Positions 25,273-38,885 of a stretch of 64,000 nucleotides of DNA are shown here, in pieces (the stretch's first letter is position 1; each line of letters opens with the position of its first letter). The position numbers and the translations under genes are program-made. This DNA comes from Moniliella sp. 'wahieum' (lineage: Eukaryota): the NCBI GenBank assembly GCA_003971905.1, contig RSEE01000009.1, forward strand, positions 682,001-746,000, given 5' to 3'. The notes below the pieces were generated by a model. That model was given only the letters and a program-made list of their open reading frames with translations. It was not told the origin of the DNA and made no database searches.

Positions 25273-27087
25273 TGGGTTGGCCCCGCAGCGCGGTCTGCAT
25301 ACTGCCATGTGCCTGTTCCATGCAGCGTACTCCCTACTTGGCGCGAGGGGGTGGGCCTGAGGCTTGACATGCTGACAGGCAGTGCGAGTGCCTCGCTTAA
25401 CTGGCTTAATTGGCCACCACAACCGAACCAACCCGACCGTGCTTGCTTGGGTAAGCACGCACGTCTTTGTTGCATCCGTGCGCCCTCTCTGCACCAACTT
25501 GACGTGCAATCCAGTGCGTATATACGCAACAGGGAATGGGACGAGAGAGCCCCATCTTGTGCGTTTTCGCTCTGTGTTCGTTCCCTGTACTCGCACAGCG
25601 ACCTACGTCCCACCCTCCCCATCATCATGTCATGTGTCCTGTGCGCCATGAACTGCCCTCCCCTCCCCATCTAAGCACCGAGCAAAGGGGCACAGCAGGA
25701 TGCGAGGCCCCAAACCGCAGGGAAGACGAGCGTGCTATCCTACAGCTCCCCCTCCTTTTCCTCTTTCACCACTTTGGCACGAAAGAAACAAGCTCGATCG
25801 ATCCATCTCAACTAGCCATGTAAAAGTCGAGCGGCATCAACGTTCGACGTTCAACTGCTTCCGCTTATACGTGCCAGACAGGGGCCGTAGTGACAACAAG
25901 GGGATCGAGCCTCCGAAACCGAATCGTCATCATGAGCTTTTGCCTTGTTACCACTGCGGGTCCAGGCCCCCCAGTGAAGAACAAAGGGGTGGATCTACCC
26001 TTCGAACCATTCTGCACCTGTGGCCACCTCGTATCTTTTCTCCGTTGGGATTCTGTGCCATGCGGAGACCATCATACTGCCGCTTGCATTCGATCCGACT
26101 TGCCAACCCAGTCGATGCGACCCGCGCGCCAGGGCTGCCCTTGGTAGTCCACCACGGCCAACCGAGGCATCCGCCATCCTTCCTAACTTCAAACCTTGAT
26201 GGGTGCGGCCAGGTGTGGTGTGGGCAAGGCGTATGCACAGCAGTCGAGTGGCACCAGCACCATATCCCCGAGCGCTGGTGGCACCAACCATAGGACAACA
26301 CTGGCTTTGAGGCCAGGCACAGTATGATGCCATCCCGCGGTAACTAGTTCCCGTACCCCCCCTGTTCCCCCAGCCAAGACAGACCGTCGGGGCAAGCTCA
26401 GCCCAGCAGCCCAGCCTGGCTGCGCACACGCGAGCACTCTACTTCTGCCGTAACCCCACGCTTGCGGACCTGCGCCCACGTGGGTTCGCGAACGGTGGCT
26501 AGGCTGGGTTCCAAAACACCCCATCCGACGCCGCGCCACGCTGCCGTCCCAAACCACAACCGTGTGCTTCCTCACGGACCATCCCACATGCACCGAGGCA
26601 AAACCGGTTCAATGGAACTGCGATGGATGCTGCGGTGCAGCCAATGCGCCGGCACCATTGGGCGTGGGGATACAAGTCGAAGAAAGTCGAGGGCGATGGC
26701 AAGAGGGGTGAGCGCCGCCGTGGCTGTGGTCACTCTTGTTGGTGGGAACTGGTTTCTCGGATGGTGGGGGAACGGTGATTTTCACAGGGGGCTCGCTGCG
26801 AAACTACATCGTCTGCTTCCCTGGCCTGGTAGGTTCTGGCGCGGCTATAGCATCTGCGATTCGGGACTAGCTGCGCACCCCACCCAGCCTAGATACGGGA
26901 GGGAACTGGCGCAGCAGACTAGGAGCCTGGTGTGCCACCGTTCTGCCTACCTCGGGTTGGTCCCATGGTGTCGTCGGTCGCGCTGGGATAGAGAGGGATG
27001 GGCTTTTGTACGCATGGCAGTACGTTGGGGAGGGTAGGGAGGGGTAGGTGTAAGTACGAGGGCGGGCGGCTCGGGTCCGGCTCTGCT

Positions 27088-28433
27088 TCACTCCAACTCG
27101 GCCGGGTCGACGTGGCCATCGCCAGTGATGGTCTCTTTCGGTCGCCAGAGCTGCAGGACATTGTCCTCGGCCGTGGTGACGAGGTGCCAAGGGTCGTGCG
27201 GGGCCCAGGCCAAATCACAAGGGGAGGATGTATGACCGCCATGTTGGAACACGAGTTCCGGCGCGCCATCTTCCGCATCGCCCGGGTCCTGTTCTTGCCC
27301 GATCCGCGCCAAGTCCCACAGGTTCACGCGCCGATCGGAGCCGGCCGACGCGAGCACGGTCGCTTCCGTCGGCGAAAACGCCAGACCCAAGACCGAGTCG
27401 GTATGGTGTTCCAGCTGGTGAACCGGCTGGGCGAGGCAGCGCAGATCCCACACCCGAATCAGTCCCTCGGACCCGCCCGTGGCAAGGACCTGCGCGCCGG
27501 AAAACGCGTTCCAGCTCAGCGCGTTCACTTCCGCCTCGCCAGCCACGACAGCGTGCACAGGCCCAGCTTGACGAGCATCCCACACGTGCAGCATCTTGTC
27601 GTCGCCGACGCTGGCAAAGCGCTGGGACGAGGTAGGATCAAACGCGCAGTCTTCCACCACGCTCGTATGGCCACGGAAGGTGGTGAGCGGGTCGAGGCTC
27701 GTGCGGCCTTGGGCCGCAGCAACGTCCCATAAGCATACTGTCCTGTCCTCGCTCGCAGACAGCACGAGGCCGTCCTGTTGGCCGGACCAAGCCAGGCCGT
27801 ACCCTTCCTCGGTTTGTCCACGCAGGATCAGATCCGGCTTGAACGCATCCGTCTCGGGTTCGGCAGGGTGGGCAGAACGGTCAAAGACGTACAGGTCGCC
27901 CGTCACACCATGGCTCGCCACCAACGAGGGTTGCAACGGGTTGTACCGTGCCCGGTTCACATCGCCCTGGTGCACGATGCGCTGCACCATGGTCACGCGT
28001 GCATTCGGGGAGCCAGGCACGTCTGGCCAGCGCGCCAAAAGGGAGACGGGTCAGTAAGGCGTGCGTTCAGGCGCGGGCGGCGGTGGGGGGGGGGGGGAGA
28101 CCGTCTACGCACCCTCCTCTGCATCATGCAGGTCGGCCTTGCCACTGGCAACGGGCAATTGGACGCGCGCCACTTGGAGGTAATCCGTGTCTTGTTCGAC
28201 GTCTGGGTGCCGAGGAGGATGTGGTGGGCAGCGAAGCCAGGCCGGTCGGACGGCAGGCGATCGGGGAGCCACTGGCAAGTGAGCGAGGGCCACTCGAGCG
28301 CGTGGGTGACAAGCAGGTCGTAGAGGTAGGGCGAGTGCTTCTTCCACAGCTTGTATTCCTCGGCGGTGGTGGCGGGGTCACCTGCCTCGGCGTTGGCGGC
28401 AGTGGTCAGCTTCTCGACCAGTTGGGCATCCAT
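27088..28433 (-). CDS. WD40 histone-binding protein, RBBP4/MSI1/HAT2 family
   Basis: EEYKLWKKHSPYLYDLLVTHALEWPSLTCQW, HQGDVNRARY, EEGYGLAWS, GHTSVVED, FASVGDDKML, SAGSDRRVNLWDL.RIG.EQ...DAEDGAPELVFQHGGHT. Intron 28023-28112. Confidence 0.95.
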
Positions 28434-28829
28434 GGTGGCGTGCGCGCAAAGCAGGGTGGTGGCAGCGCTGCGGCCCACACGCCTGCCCAACCACAGCAAC
28501 CAACCGCAGCCCCAAACGCCCCGCCGAGCGACACGCGTCTGGACTTGTCTGCTGCCGGCGCGGTTGCGTCGCGGCGCGAAGAGAGGCGATGGGCTTACCT
28601 CAGCTGCCGATGGAACCAAGCACGTCACGTGCCAGGGCCAGGATGCGCTTCCACAGCAAGTGCTTTGTATGATACACCACCTAAGCTATCTACCACTGAC
28701 GACAGTCGACTACCTTCTACCGCGTGCCACACCCCGCCCGGCCTCATCCGCCGTCCGCAGCCCCGCTCCGTCCAGTCCAAGATCCAAATGAAAGTGCACA
28801 GCCACCTGCGCGGCGCTGCGCAAGGCGGC

Positions 28830-31800
28830 TTAGTTGGGGTCGTTCCACAGCGCGGCCAGTTGACCGGCAACTGCGGCACCACCGACCGTTCGCCCTCGGG
28901 CTGGGACGACATGAACTCGTCGTGCTCATGGATCGTCTGTTCGTACTCGCGCAGCGACTGGACCGCATACACGTGCAGCTTGGCCGCGTAGCGTGGTTCG
29001 GCCTGGGCGATCCGGGCCAAGGGCGCCGCCGACGCCGGTACACTCCCGCCGGGCACCCCGGCCAGCGAGGGCGCCGCCCAACTTTGTCGTTCTGATCCCG
29101 ATCCCGACGCACCTTCGTCCGTGGCCGACGTCGAGTCTGTCTCGGACACCGACGGAGCGACCAAGTCCAGTGCCGGCCCCGGCACAAGGGAGGAACGTTT
29201 GGAAAACGCGCGGGACACGCGCGAGGAGCGAATGGAGTGGATCGACGCTGGCCGGCCGGGCGCCGGGCCGCCCACGCCAGGCGGACCAGGCGGCGGCGCA
29301 TGCGCCGTTTGCAGGTCAAACGTTGCGTCAAACGAGATGCGGTCCGAGGAGCTGGACGAGCGACGGCGCAAGGTGGTCGCGTGCTGAGGCAGCGAGGGGG
29401 AGGAGGTGGCACGGCGCAAGACTGACGGGTCCTCGGGGGCGTGCTGGACGTCGGAGCTGGCTGGTCACGGTCCCTAGACTGCAGCGAAGTAGTCGACCCG
29501 GTCCGCGCTGCCGGCAGTGCCGGCGGTGGCGACGGCATGTCGGGCTGAGACCCCGACCCGGATCCGCTCTTGCTGCCCGTTGGTCTTGCGCATCGAGCGC
29601 AACCATTTGGCCGCGCGCGATGCGGTCGACTTGACAGACGGGTGCTGCGGGTCCACGTCCCAATCCTCGGGCTTGCTCAGGTCGTCGTCCTCATCCGAGG
29701 AAGGCGGGAAATAATCCGGCGACGGCGATCGCTCGATGGAGCGGGTGCGCTTGATGGTACTGACAAACGAAAGGCGGCGCCGGGACCGGGTGTCGGGCTC
29801 GTCGCCCTCCTCTCCTCGGTCTCCGAAGCTGACTCGGCAGTTTCGGGAGAAAGTTCATCGTGCCGCTCACGGACCTCGTCGAGGCGATGATTGAAGAGTT
29901 GGGCGATGATCATGGCCGTCGAGTTGCGAGGATCTTCGGGAGGCGCAGGGAAATCCGTCAGATGGCCGAGGCGGAAGACGAGCAAATGCAAAAAGTAAGC
30001 ACGGATGAGGAAGGACCAGGAAAGGAAGAGTTTTTGGAAGATAGAGGTCTTGAGCAGAATGCCCTCTACAAACCGCATCCGGTTGGCCTTTGATGCGATC
30101 ATCAGAGCAAAGTTGGAGTAGGCAAACTAGATTCCCCATACCAATCCCAATCCCAATGTCAAATGTCAACGTCAGCAATCAGTCCATCCATCGCATGCGA
30201 TCCAAAAAAAAAGAGAGAGTAGCCATCAACTTACAGCAATCGTCCGCATCAGCGTCACGGCATGATCCGACTTTTCCAACAACATCTCCACCACTTCCAA
30301 CACAAATGGCAGATCCACCACCTCGTCCACTCCCCAATCTGCCGCCTCAATCGCCGCAAAGAGCGAGTCGGTCCAGTCCAGGAGACAAAACACACCCTGC
30401 ACGTCCCAGAGCGATGTGCGACGGAACAGGGTCTTGATCTGCGTGTCGATCATGGGCAGGAAAATGAGGCCTTGCACGCCACACAGCCGCACCGAGTCCA
30501 CCACCACCGCCGAGCACCGACGATTGGCCAAGTCCAAGTTACGTGGCTTGCCCGTCGTCGAGCCCACCAACACGTTCGCCGTCTCTCCCGCATTGAATGG
30601 GGACTTTTGCGAGCTGAGGGTGGTGACGCTCATCAGTTCGCGCTGGACGAGAGAAAGGCACTTTTGGTGGATGGAGGTGTTGATATGGGCAAAGCCCGGT
30701 ACGCCAAATACCATCCTCGGCTCAGCTTGCAGTTTTGAGATGGGGGGCGCAGAGCCACGCTTGGCTGCGCCGTACAACAAGCGCGCCAACTGCCGATGAA
30801 AGTTCCGACAAAAGGAGAAAAAGAGTTCAGAGTCGTCCGACTTCCACCGGCGCAGCCAGTTGCCGCCCATCTCGACCTTGACGTCCAAGCGGTTGATCAA
30901 ATACGACGTGCCAGCGTTGCCGGGCCCCATGCTGCCGGACGAGGTGCCCGGAGAGGGGAACTTTTGGCGCCAGCGACCACCCGCCTCAAACTGGGGGAGA
31001 TACGACTTGGCATTGCGGAAACAGTAAGGGCGCAAGTGAGCAGGGAACAGTGCCAGGTACTCGTCCCACCCTTGGTCCGTCTGGGGCTGGACCTGAGCCC
31101 AGCCGGCCTCTTCGGCCAGGTGGTCCAGGGAGGCGCGCTTGATGGGCAAATCACTCAACAGCTTGCCTGCCACGCCGTCGATCCGGAACAAGGCGATGGC
31201 CAACACGCGCCCAGAGAAGATCAACGTGTTTTGGTACACGCCCTTTTTGTTCATCTCACCAATCGCAAACTCACAGGCGCGGGAGAGGAGCGAAGTGTAG
31301 CGCTCCCGATCCATCTTGAGCGTGTAGCGCTCGCGGCCTGACTTGAGCGCACGCGCCGCACTGGCTGAGGAGGTGGAGGAGGTAGGCGAGGAGACATCGT
31401 CGCTTGACAGCGCTGCCGCCGACAGATTCTCACTTTCCAACAGGCACGCCAGCGACTCGAGAATCGCACCGCGGTCCGAGCTGGTGGTCACGTGGGGCAA
31501 CTCGGCCAACAGGCTCGTCACCCACTCAAAGAAGAGCGCACGGCGATTGTCGGGGCGGACAAAGGCGTTGGCCGGGCCACGCATCGGAAGTGGGCGTGCC
31601 AGGGGGACATACACTGAATACACACCCGGTCGCTCCAATTCGAGTTGGAGAAAGGGAAGAAGAACGCTGCGGAGCGGGACGGCCTTGTCCATCGGCAAAC
31701 GATCCGCGTCGGACAAGGGGGGCGCGGCGGCCGCGTTGGCTGGGGAAGAACAGCGTTGACGGAACTGATCCAGTGCATCCTGCACCTCGGCCCATGCAGA

Positions 31801-32833
31801 GGCAGGTAGACTGGGTGGCGGCTTGGCAGGTTCCTGTACCGCATCCGACGAATGCGACGTCGCTGTCGCCGAGTCGGCAAGCTCTCCGGTATGGTTGCCG
31901 AAGCAGGCGCAGCGGCGCCGGACGAATCGGGGCGGCCAGAGGAGGAGGAAGCAATGTCATCCGAGGGATGAAAGTCGTCGTCAGAGCCACGCGACATGAT
32001 ACTGCGGGAGGCAGTAGAAGTGCTAAACCTGCTGACCTCGGTCGGTGTGGGCAGGCGAGGTTCCCGGAGAACGGAGCGAAACCCGAGTCGGAAGAGGAGG
32101 CAGCGGCAGTGGAAGCAGCAGCGGCAGCCGCGGTAGCGGCATCTGCGTAAGGAACGCCGTTGGCCAAAGCGGGGTTGTGAAAGAGTTACGAGTACTGTCG
32201 CGTTGGCGCATGAAGGCGCCTGGGGGAGGAGGGACGTCGGATGGGGTGCTATCCGGTTCGGTCTTGTGGGCAGCGGCCGAGGCAGACGGAGAGGCAGCAT
32301 GCCGGTTTTCCAAGCGGGCCAGGGTCGTAGGGTCGGGCTGGAGCCGGGGCTCGGCCTCGACCGAGGTATCAGCGGATGCTCCGAAGGCGGAGAGGGATGT
32401 GTGGCTCGGCCAGGCGAGGGCGTTTCAGAGTGATCTTCGACGGTGCTGGAGGAGTCGAGTGGGAGGCAAGCGTGGCGGAGCGCGTTTTGATGCCCGTGTG
32501 CCGAGGAAGGCGGGGAGGTGGCGGGTTGCCGGCACTGAGGGCGAGGGTGAGGGTGAGGAGGCGGGAGCATGGGAAGTGCGGTCGAAGAGGGAGCCCGTGC
32601 CGGAAGGGAGGAGGGTGTCGATGGTGGGTGCGCGTTCGGCGACGCGGGTGGGGTCAGAGGGCTGGAGGCGGGCCGAGCCAGCGCGGGGGGTTGCGTCGGA
32701 GGCAGTGTCGGGTGGGGGCAGGGGGCGCGAGGCGGGGGCGGGACGCGGGTGGGAGGGACAACGACGGTGCTGGGGGGGGGCTGCGGGCGGGGGTCGGGGG
32801 CGGTGATGGGCGCGGGGGGCGGCCAGCGCGCAT
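28830..32833 (-). CDS. DUF1765 / UPF0592 family protein (yeast YDL073W-like)
   Basis: Conserved blocks KGVYQNTLIFSGRVLAIALFRIDGVA, WLRRWKSDDSELFFSF and, after intron 30127-30234, FAYSNF...FQKLFLSWSFLIRAYFLHLLVFRL. Termini approximate because of frameshifts. Confidence 0.72.
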
Positions 32834-33409
32834 AGTCGCCCGCCTTGGCGGCGGCGGCGAGCAGGCGGCGGCGCTCGGCGGGGTGACGATAAGCGCGGAC
32901 ACGCGGGCGCCGGTGTGGGCGACGGGCAGCAGCACACGCCGGGCGGCGGGGGGGGCGTCGGGAGCGCCGGGGCGCGCACCGACGTCAGCAGCAGCAGCAT
33001 GGCGGTGGCGGTGGGGAGAGCATCCACGCCCGCAGCCGAGGGGGCCGCGGCGACGCGTGAGCGCGGTGGGTGAGCGTGGGCGTGGCGCCGCCAGCCCACC
33101 GGCCCTGGCGGGCTGGGGGCACGGCGCCAGTCTTGCGCCCGCTGCGCGCGCCCGGGGCTGCGGGCATTAGCGCTTGCATAGCGCTTAGTCTTGCCCCGGC
33201 GACGGGGGTTGCACCGATGCGCCAGCGGTGGGTCCTTACGTACGCAGGCACGGCGCCGGGACGCCCGCCTGAAACGTTCAGGGGACGGCGCCCAAAAGAC
33301 ACGCGCCGCTGAAAAACGGCTGAGGTCAGCAACTTTTGCTGCTGCTGGGCTGCGCGCCGATCTGCCTGCTGGTCCCCCACCGCTCCTCCTTCCCGCCGGC
33401 GTGCTGGGC

Positions 33410-35910
33410 ATGGTGCTGTCCGAGCTGCCCCACAGCATGCTCAACGGCCCCGCCCCCAACCCCAGGCCCACCCGCCAGCGACCCCAAGCTGCCCGCCCCC
33501 ACCCACCCCACTCCCGCCGCGCCCGACACGGAGCAGGAGGTCACGACGACGATCTCGAGCAGGCCGTCCGTCTCGTCACGGCCTCGGCCGCGGCCCGGCC
33601 CGCAGCCAAGGCGCACCACATGCCCAGCACCCCGCCCGCGCCCTCGCTCGCCTCCCACATACCTACCGTCTCTCCCTCTTCCAGTCCCACGCCACCATCC
33701 CCTCCCCTCGCCCCACTCGCCTCCGTCCCGTCCGCCCCGCGCATCCTCCGGCGCTCCACCCCCTCTGACCGTCCTCGCCTCCCTCGTCCTCGGCCCACCC
33801 GCTCGCCTCCCACCCCACCGCGTGCAGAGTGCCACCCCCCGCGGCCCTGTGCCCGAACCCAGGACGCTCCCCTCCTTCCTCCCCTCCTACGGCCCCAAAC
33901 CCGACCGGACCCACACCCTTCCCAGGCGGTGCATTAGCCCAAGCGAGCTGGCGCTCAAACGCCCCCGCCTCCTGGGTCCACGGCCCCGATCCGCACCCCA
34001 AACGGCGCCCCAGTACCCGGCGGCGGACCAAGGAGGGCGATCCAACACCGTGGCGCTGCACCGACTGTGGCCGGTGCTACTCGCGTGCCGAGTATCTACG
34101 CCGCCATCGGCGTACCCACGAGAAAGTGCGTCCGTGGAGCTGCGTATGTGGGAAGACGTTTGGCCGGTCGGATGTGCACGCGGCACCGGCGACAGTGCCG
34201 CATGGCACATGTCGCTGCCCTCGATACCGGCTTGGCCCAACCAGCTTGTCTCCCGGCCAGCACAAACTGTCGGGCTGGGAAGCGGCGGAGCGGGAGCGGG
34301 AACGCCGGGAACGGGCGCGGTGCCCAGTCCACCTGCCACCGTCGCTGCCTCTCGACGGGGTGCCAACCCGCAAGCCGCCAGTCCGCCCGCGCCCGGGGCC
34401 AGCCAGCCGTTTGGCCACATGGAGTTTCCGCACGCAAGGCTGTCTGCGGGCGTGGCACCGCCGCAGCCGGGCCAGGGTCCCGGTTCAACTTGTCCCGGCA
34501 GCCAGCCGGGCGAAAGGGTCGGGACAGGGCTTGCTAGTCCTTCGCCCTCTCTGCTCCGGTTCTGGCCAGGACCATGGGAGCCAAAAATGGCCACGACTAC
34601 GGCCGTGACCGTGACCATGACCATGACAATGACCATGACCCTGATCATGACGACCACGACTGCAACCACAGCCGTTCCCATTCCCATTCCTTTTCGCTTT
34701 CTGGTGGCGCCGACGCGCACTTCTCGCCCCACTGGCAGGACGTGAGTGGGGACTGTGCCACGCCGGCGCTGGCCAGCACGAGGCCACACGCCTCTGGCGA
34801 CGAGCTGGGCGAACTGGACTTGGGTGTCTGTCGCAGTCGCCGGGGACGATGCTGACGCCTGCTGAGAGTGGAGGTGGATTGGCTCGGTTGCAAGGCGAGA
34901 CGAGCGAAGACGCGATGCACTTTGATCCACTTTCGGTGCCGTGCCGCAATTTGACCCTGCGATGAGGAAGGAGAGGACACGAAGTGCTGGCGTCGCTGCG
35001 GCGGTTACTTGAAGTGCATGGGGACGACGGTCCCGTCCAAGATGATGCGGAAGGCCCAGCCCACGCTCCCCCCCCTGCCCCGGATAGCGACCGCGACGAC
35101 CACCTGGACCTCTCCGTCTTCCCGCCCGCACCACCGAGCAAGCGGAGAGGCCGGACCTGCCCGCGATTTGGCCGTTTTGGCAACTGCCGTAGCCGAGCCC
35201 AACGGCCCCTCCGAACCCACCACGGAGCGGGCTGGAACGAGGGAAGGCGACGAAGCAGGGAGACCGATTAGCTGGCATGGGCTCGGTCCCGGTTCATCCC
35301 AAGCACGAAACGGAAGAGAACGAAGAAGAAGATGCGTTTGGCCATTTCCCCTGACATTTGAGTTCCGGGTGCTTCCGACGCTGTGCCGGAGGAGGAACGG
35401 GGTGAGGGGTCGATGCCACAGCCGGACCATGCGGGGTTGCGATGCACGTCCGTTCACCCTCTTCCTCTCCGGCTGCCTCCCCCGCACCCGAACCCAAACC
35501 CGAACCCGCCCTATATTCCGCCTGCTCGGGTGCGCAGCAGCGCCAACGCATTTAGTGCTGGCACCGAAAGCGCGTCCGTCTCTCCGGCGTCGGTCCTGCG
35601 CGGCATGGCCGCCCGCACGGCTGGCGTGCACGTCGTCTCCCTTTCTTCCGACTGCGTGCGCTGTCGCCCCCGCCCTCTTCGGTTTCGGCGCGAGGATCGA
35701 GGAGAGGAGGAGTGTGCTTCGGTGGTCGCCATACCCACTGCGCTCGACCCGCTGGAGGGAGCGGAGTCAGTGCTGGAGTTGGAAGAGCAGGCGGAGATGG
35801 CTTTCCCGCCGGGGCATACGGTGTGGCGGGCGAGAAGAGGTGAGGGCTTGCTAAGCCCAACCCAACCAAAACAAACCAAAACAACCAAACCAACCCAAAA
35901 CGACAAATGA
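33410..35910 (+). CDS. C2H2 zinc-finger transcription factor (two fingers)
   Basis: WRCTDCGRCYSRAEYLRRHRRTHEKVRPWSCVCGKTFGRSD at ~34050-34175, plus a His/Asp-rich tract at ~34590-34690. Ends approximate. Confidence 0.85.
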
Positions 35911-37143
35911 AAGTCAACTGCGCCATCTGTAGTGTCGGTACCGCGTGGCTCGAGAAGAGGGCCTCGGTTCCCGTGGACGGGAAAGCGGGGGCAGTGAGTG
36001 CGTGGCTGCAGAGCAAGCTATCTGCCTCGTCGAATCGCTCCCTGCACATTCTTTTTCGTTGCAAACATTCCCCATACACTTGTGTTTTGCCCAAAAGCAT
36101 CTTCAACATATTGATTGTCTTCAGTGGTCTGCTTGGGGGGGGGGGGGGGAGACGCAGGGCAGGGTGCGTGGCAGACGGTGCGTTGCTTGGATCGGAAAGG
36201 ATGGTCAGGACGCAGGATCTATAGAAGAAGAGCCCGAAGGGGCTGAGCCAGCCTGGGCCTGCTCGTCCTGGGACGGGGCAAGCAGCCTACAAAGGCAGTG
36301 AGGGGGGCTCAACGTGAGGAAGCACTCTCTTCAACTGCAAGATTCACGTGGGAGCGCCAACTGGGACGGGTGATGATGTTCCTGGGCGGGCAGCAGCGAG
36401 GCGGGCAGGGCCAGGGCATGGGCCGCTGGCACCGCAGCCGCAGGGCGCGGGGCGCTGGGTGGAGGCGGGGGGCGGGGCAGACAAGACAGCGATAGGCGGC
36501 GATATCAACAGCCGATGGCCACGCGCCGCCACTACGCCATCCCCAGTCGGTCGCTGCTGCCCGGTGGGTTCCTGGCTGGGGAGTGCAATGCAGGATGCAT
36601 GATGCCCCTGGCCGCTCCTGCGCCGGGTGGGCGCTGCAGCGCTCTGCCTGGCGAGGGGCACATGGCCGGCACTGGCCGGCACGACAGCAACTGGCTCGGC
36701 TCGCCCAGCAGGTGGGATGCTCGGCGGGATCATCGATCGAGCAGGCTCGGCAATCGATCAGCGATCGCAGCGTCCCCATCCACCGTGCAGAGTGCCCGTG
36801 GGGCGACGCGGGGGGGGGGATTAATGTACGCGGGCTGGTTACGCTTACGAGTGGTGCGCCAGAGCGCCCGCTCGGGGCTGGGCTCGGCGTGTGCGTTGGG
36901 CGTGGCATGTGGTGCGCTGGCCAGGCTGGAGCTGCTGGAGCACACGGCACGAAAACCAGACAGCCCAAGCGAGCATGGCAGCGGAAACCGACGCACTCTG
37001 GTCCGCCATCCGCATCCTCCCCATCATCCACACCCTCTGCGTGCGCCCCTTGCGTCCAGCACCTTCCTTCTTTCCTTGGGTGCCCACAGCCGCTTGCCTC
37101 CACCACGCCCTCGCTCTCCTGCCGCGTATCCACCCCCCCCAGC

Positions 37144-38885
37144 ATGGTCGGCTTCCGCGCGCCCCGTCCCGACCCCGCCAGTCCCAACGACGACGGCCTG
37201 CAGCCTCCCTTCACCCCCGACCTCGTCCACAGCCCCAGCCCTGTCAGCTGCACCAGTGCCACCACCAGTCCATCTGCTGCCCCCCTCGCCCCTCCTGCCC
37301 GCCCGCCCCGCGCTCCGCACCGCGCCCATCAACCCCACCCCACAGCGCCCCTCCACCCACCTGGCTCGACCTCGATCTGGACCCCAGCCCTGCCTGCCCT
37401 CCCCTCCCTTGCCCTTGGGGGTAGCCCCGATGGACGGGGTGCAACAGGGCGCCGAACAAGACAACCCCCTCACCTCTCTTCTCCTTTCCCCCCGCTCGTC
37501 GCCAGCCCCGTCGACATGAGTCTTCCCCCTTCGAGCCCCATACCGCCTGCTCCGCTTCCCCCAATGGCCACCGTCGCCGCCTCCCCCCGCGCCTCCCTCT
37601 CCACCACCACCACCACCGTCGCCAGCCTCCTTGGCGCCTCGTCCCGCCGCGCCTCTATCGCGCCTTCCGACCGGCACCCCAGTCTCACCCCGTCCACCGC
37701 GCCCAACCGGGGTTCCTGCGCAGCCGCCAACGCGCCGCCCAGCAACAACGCCACCGCTCCACCGATGACGCCGGCAGTGCGCCCCCGCGTCCGAGCAGCC
37801 GGAAACGGAAAGCCAACTTGGGCGCCCTAGCCAATTGGAAGCGCAGGACGGGTCCGACAGCTCCTCGACCGCTTCGGGCTCGCTGTCTTCGCTGTCGCGC
37901 GACCGAGGTCGTGGTCCGCAGACCGCCACGGGTTCCTCCAAGACGTGCGAGAAGATCGCGTTGGGCGTGGAAGCGCTGGCGCAACTGTTGGCGCAGTCGG
38001 CGGCGCTGCGTGCAATGGGCGCGGTGCAGGCTGAGGAACCGTGGTGGGAGGCCGCGCTGACGCTCGTCCACTTTGCAGGCCTCTATCCCACGCCCGAAAC
38101 TGAACGGCACCATTCGCTCGCGTGCCTCTTACGTCTCTTCCAACCCATCCCGCTCGCAGCGGGCGGCAAGTCCGAGCTGACTGTGCCCGAGGCAGCCATG
38201 TTTGAGTCGCTGCACGACGACCCGACCGGGTGCAGCTTGATTTCGGATCCAGTCGTAGGCCAGGCGGTGCAGACCTACCTTCGTTCCACCCGTGCCCTCC
38301 CGGCTGCCGGCCCTCTCCGCAGCTCCGTTTCTGCCACCCCTTCCACACCCGTGGGGGGGGACACGCGCCTGGCCCTGACCCGCTCCGCCGGATTGTCCCC
38401 TCTGACGCCCGGTGGCAGCTTGCTCGCCTCGGACCTGCCCCGAGCGCCGTCTTGTCTGCCCGACGGCGCGACCGTGTGCTAGCAGCAGCCGCCAAGGGAA
38501 TGCGACGCACCTGGGACGTGACGCAGCTCGTCTTGCTCGGCGGCTCGGTGCCGGCGGGTCAAGTGTTGGAAGTGGGCGTGATGCGCGGTCGGGCGGTACC
38601 AGATGCGAATGGGGTGCGGCCCTACGTCGATGCACCTTCCCTCCTAGCCGGGCGAGGCAGCGTCAGCTCCTCTGGCGGCTCCACCGCCTCTGCACCAGCA
38701 CGAAAGGCGTCCGACCCCTCTGCCTCCGTTAGCGTTCCCTCGCCCTCTCTCCGCCCGTCGGGCGGCGCGCTGGAGTTGTACCCCATCTCCGGCCGCTTGG
38801 CCGCCGCGGCGGCGACCCGCTGGCGGGCTTGCTCGGCTACGTTTCGCTCACTTTGGCCCAGTGTGCCGATTCGCTGTACGATTAG
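37144..38885 (+). CDS. Hypothetical protein
   Basis: Pro/Ser-rich N-terminal part followed by globular-looking blocks (EKIALGVEALAQLL..EEPWWEAALTLVHFAGLY; RRTWDVTQLVLLGGSVPAGQVLEVGV) across frameshifted ORFs. Confidence 0.5.
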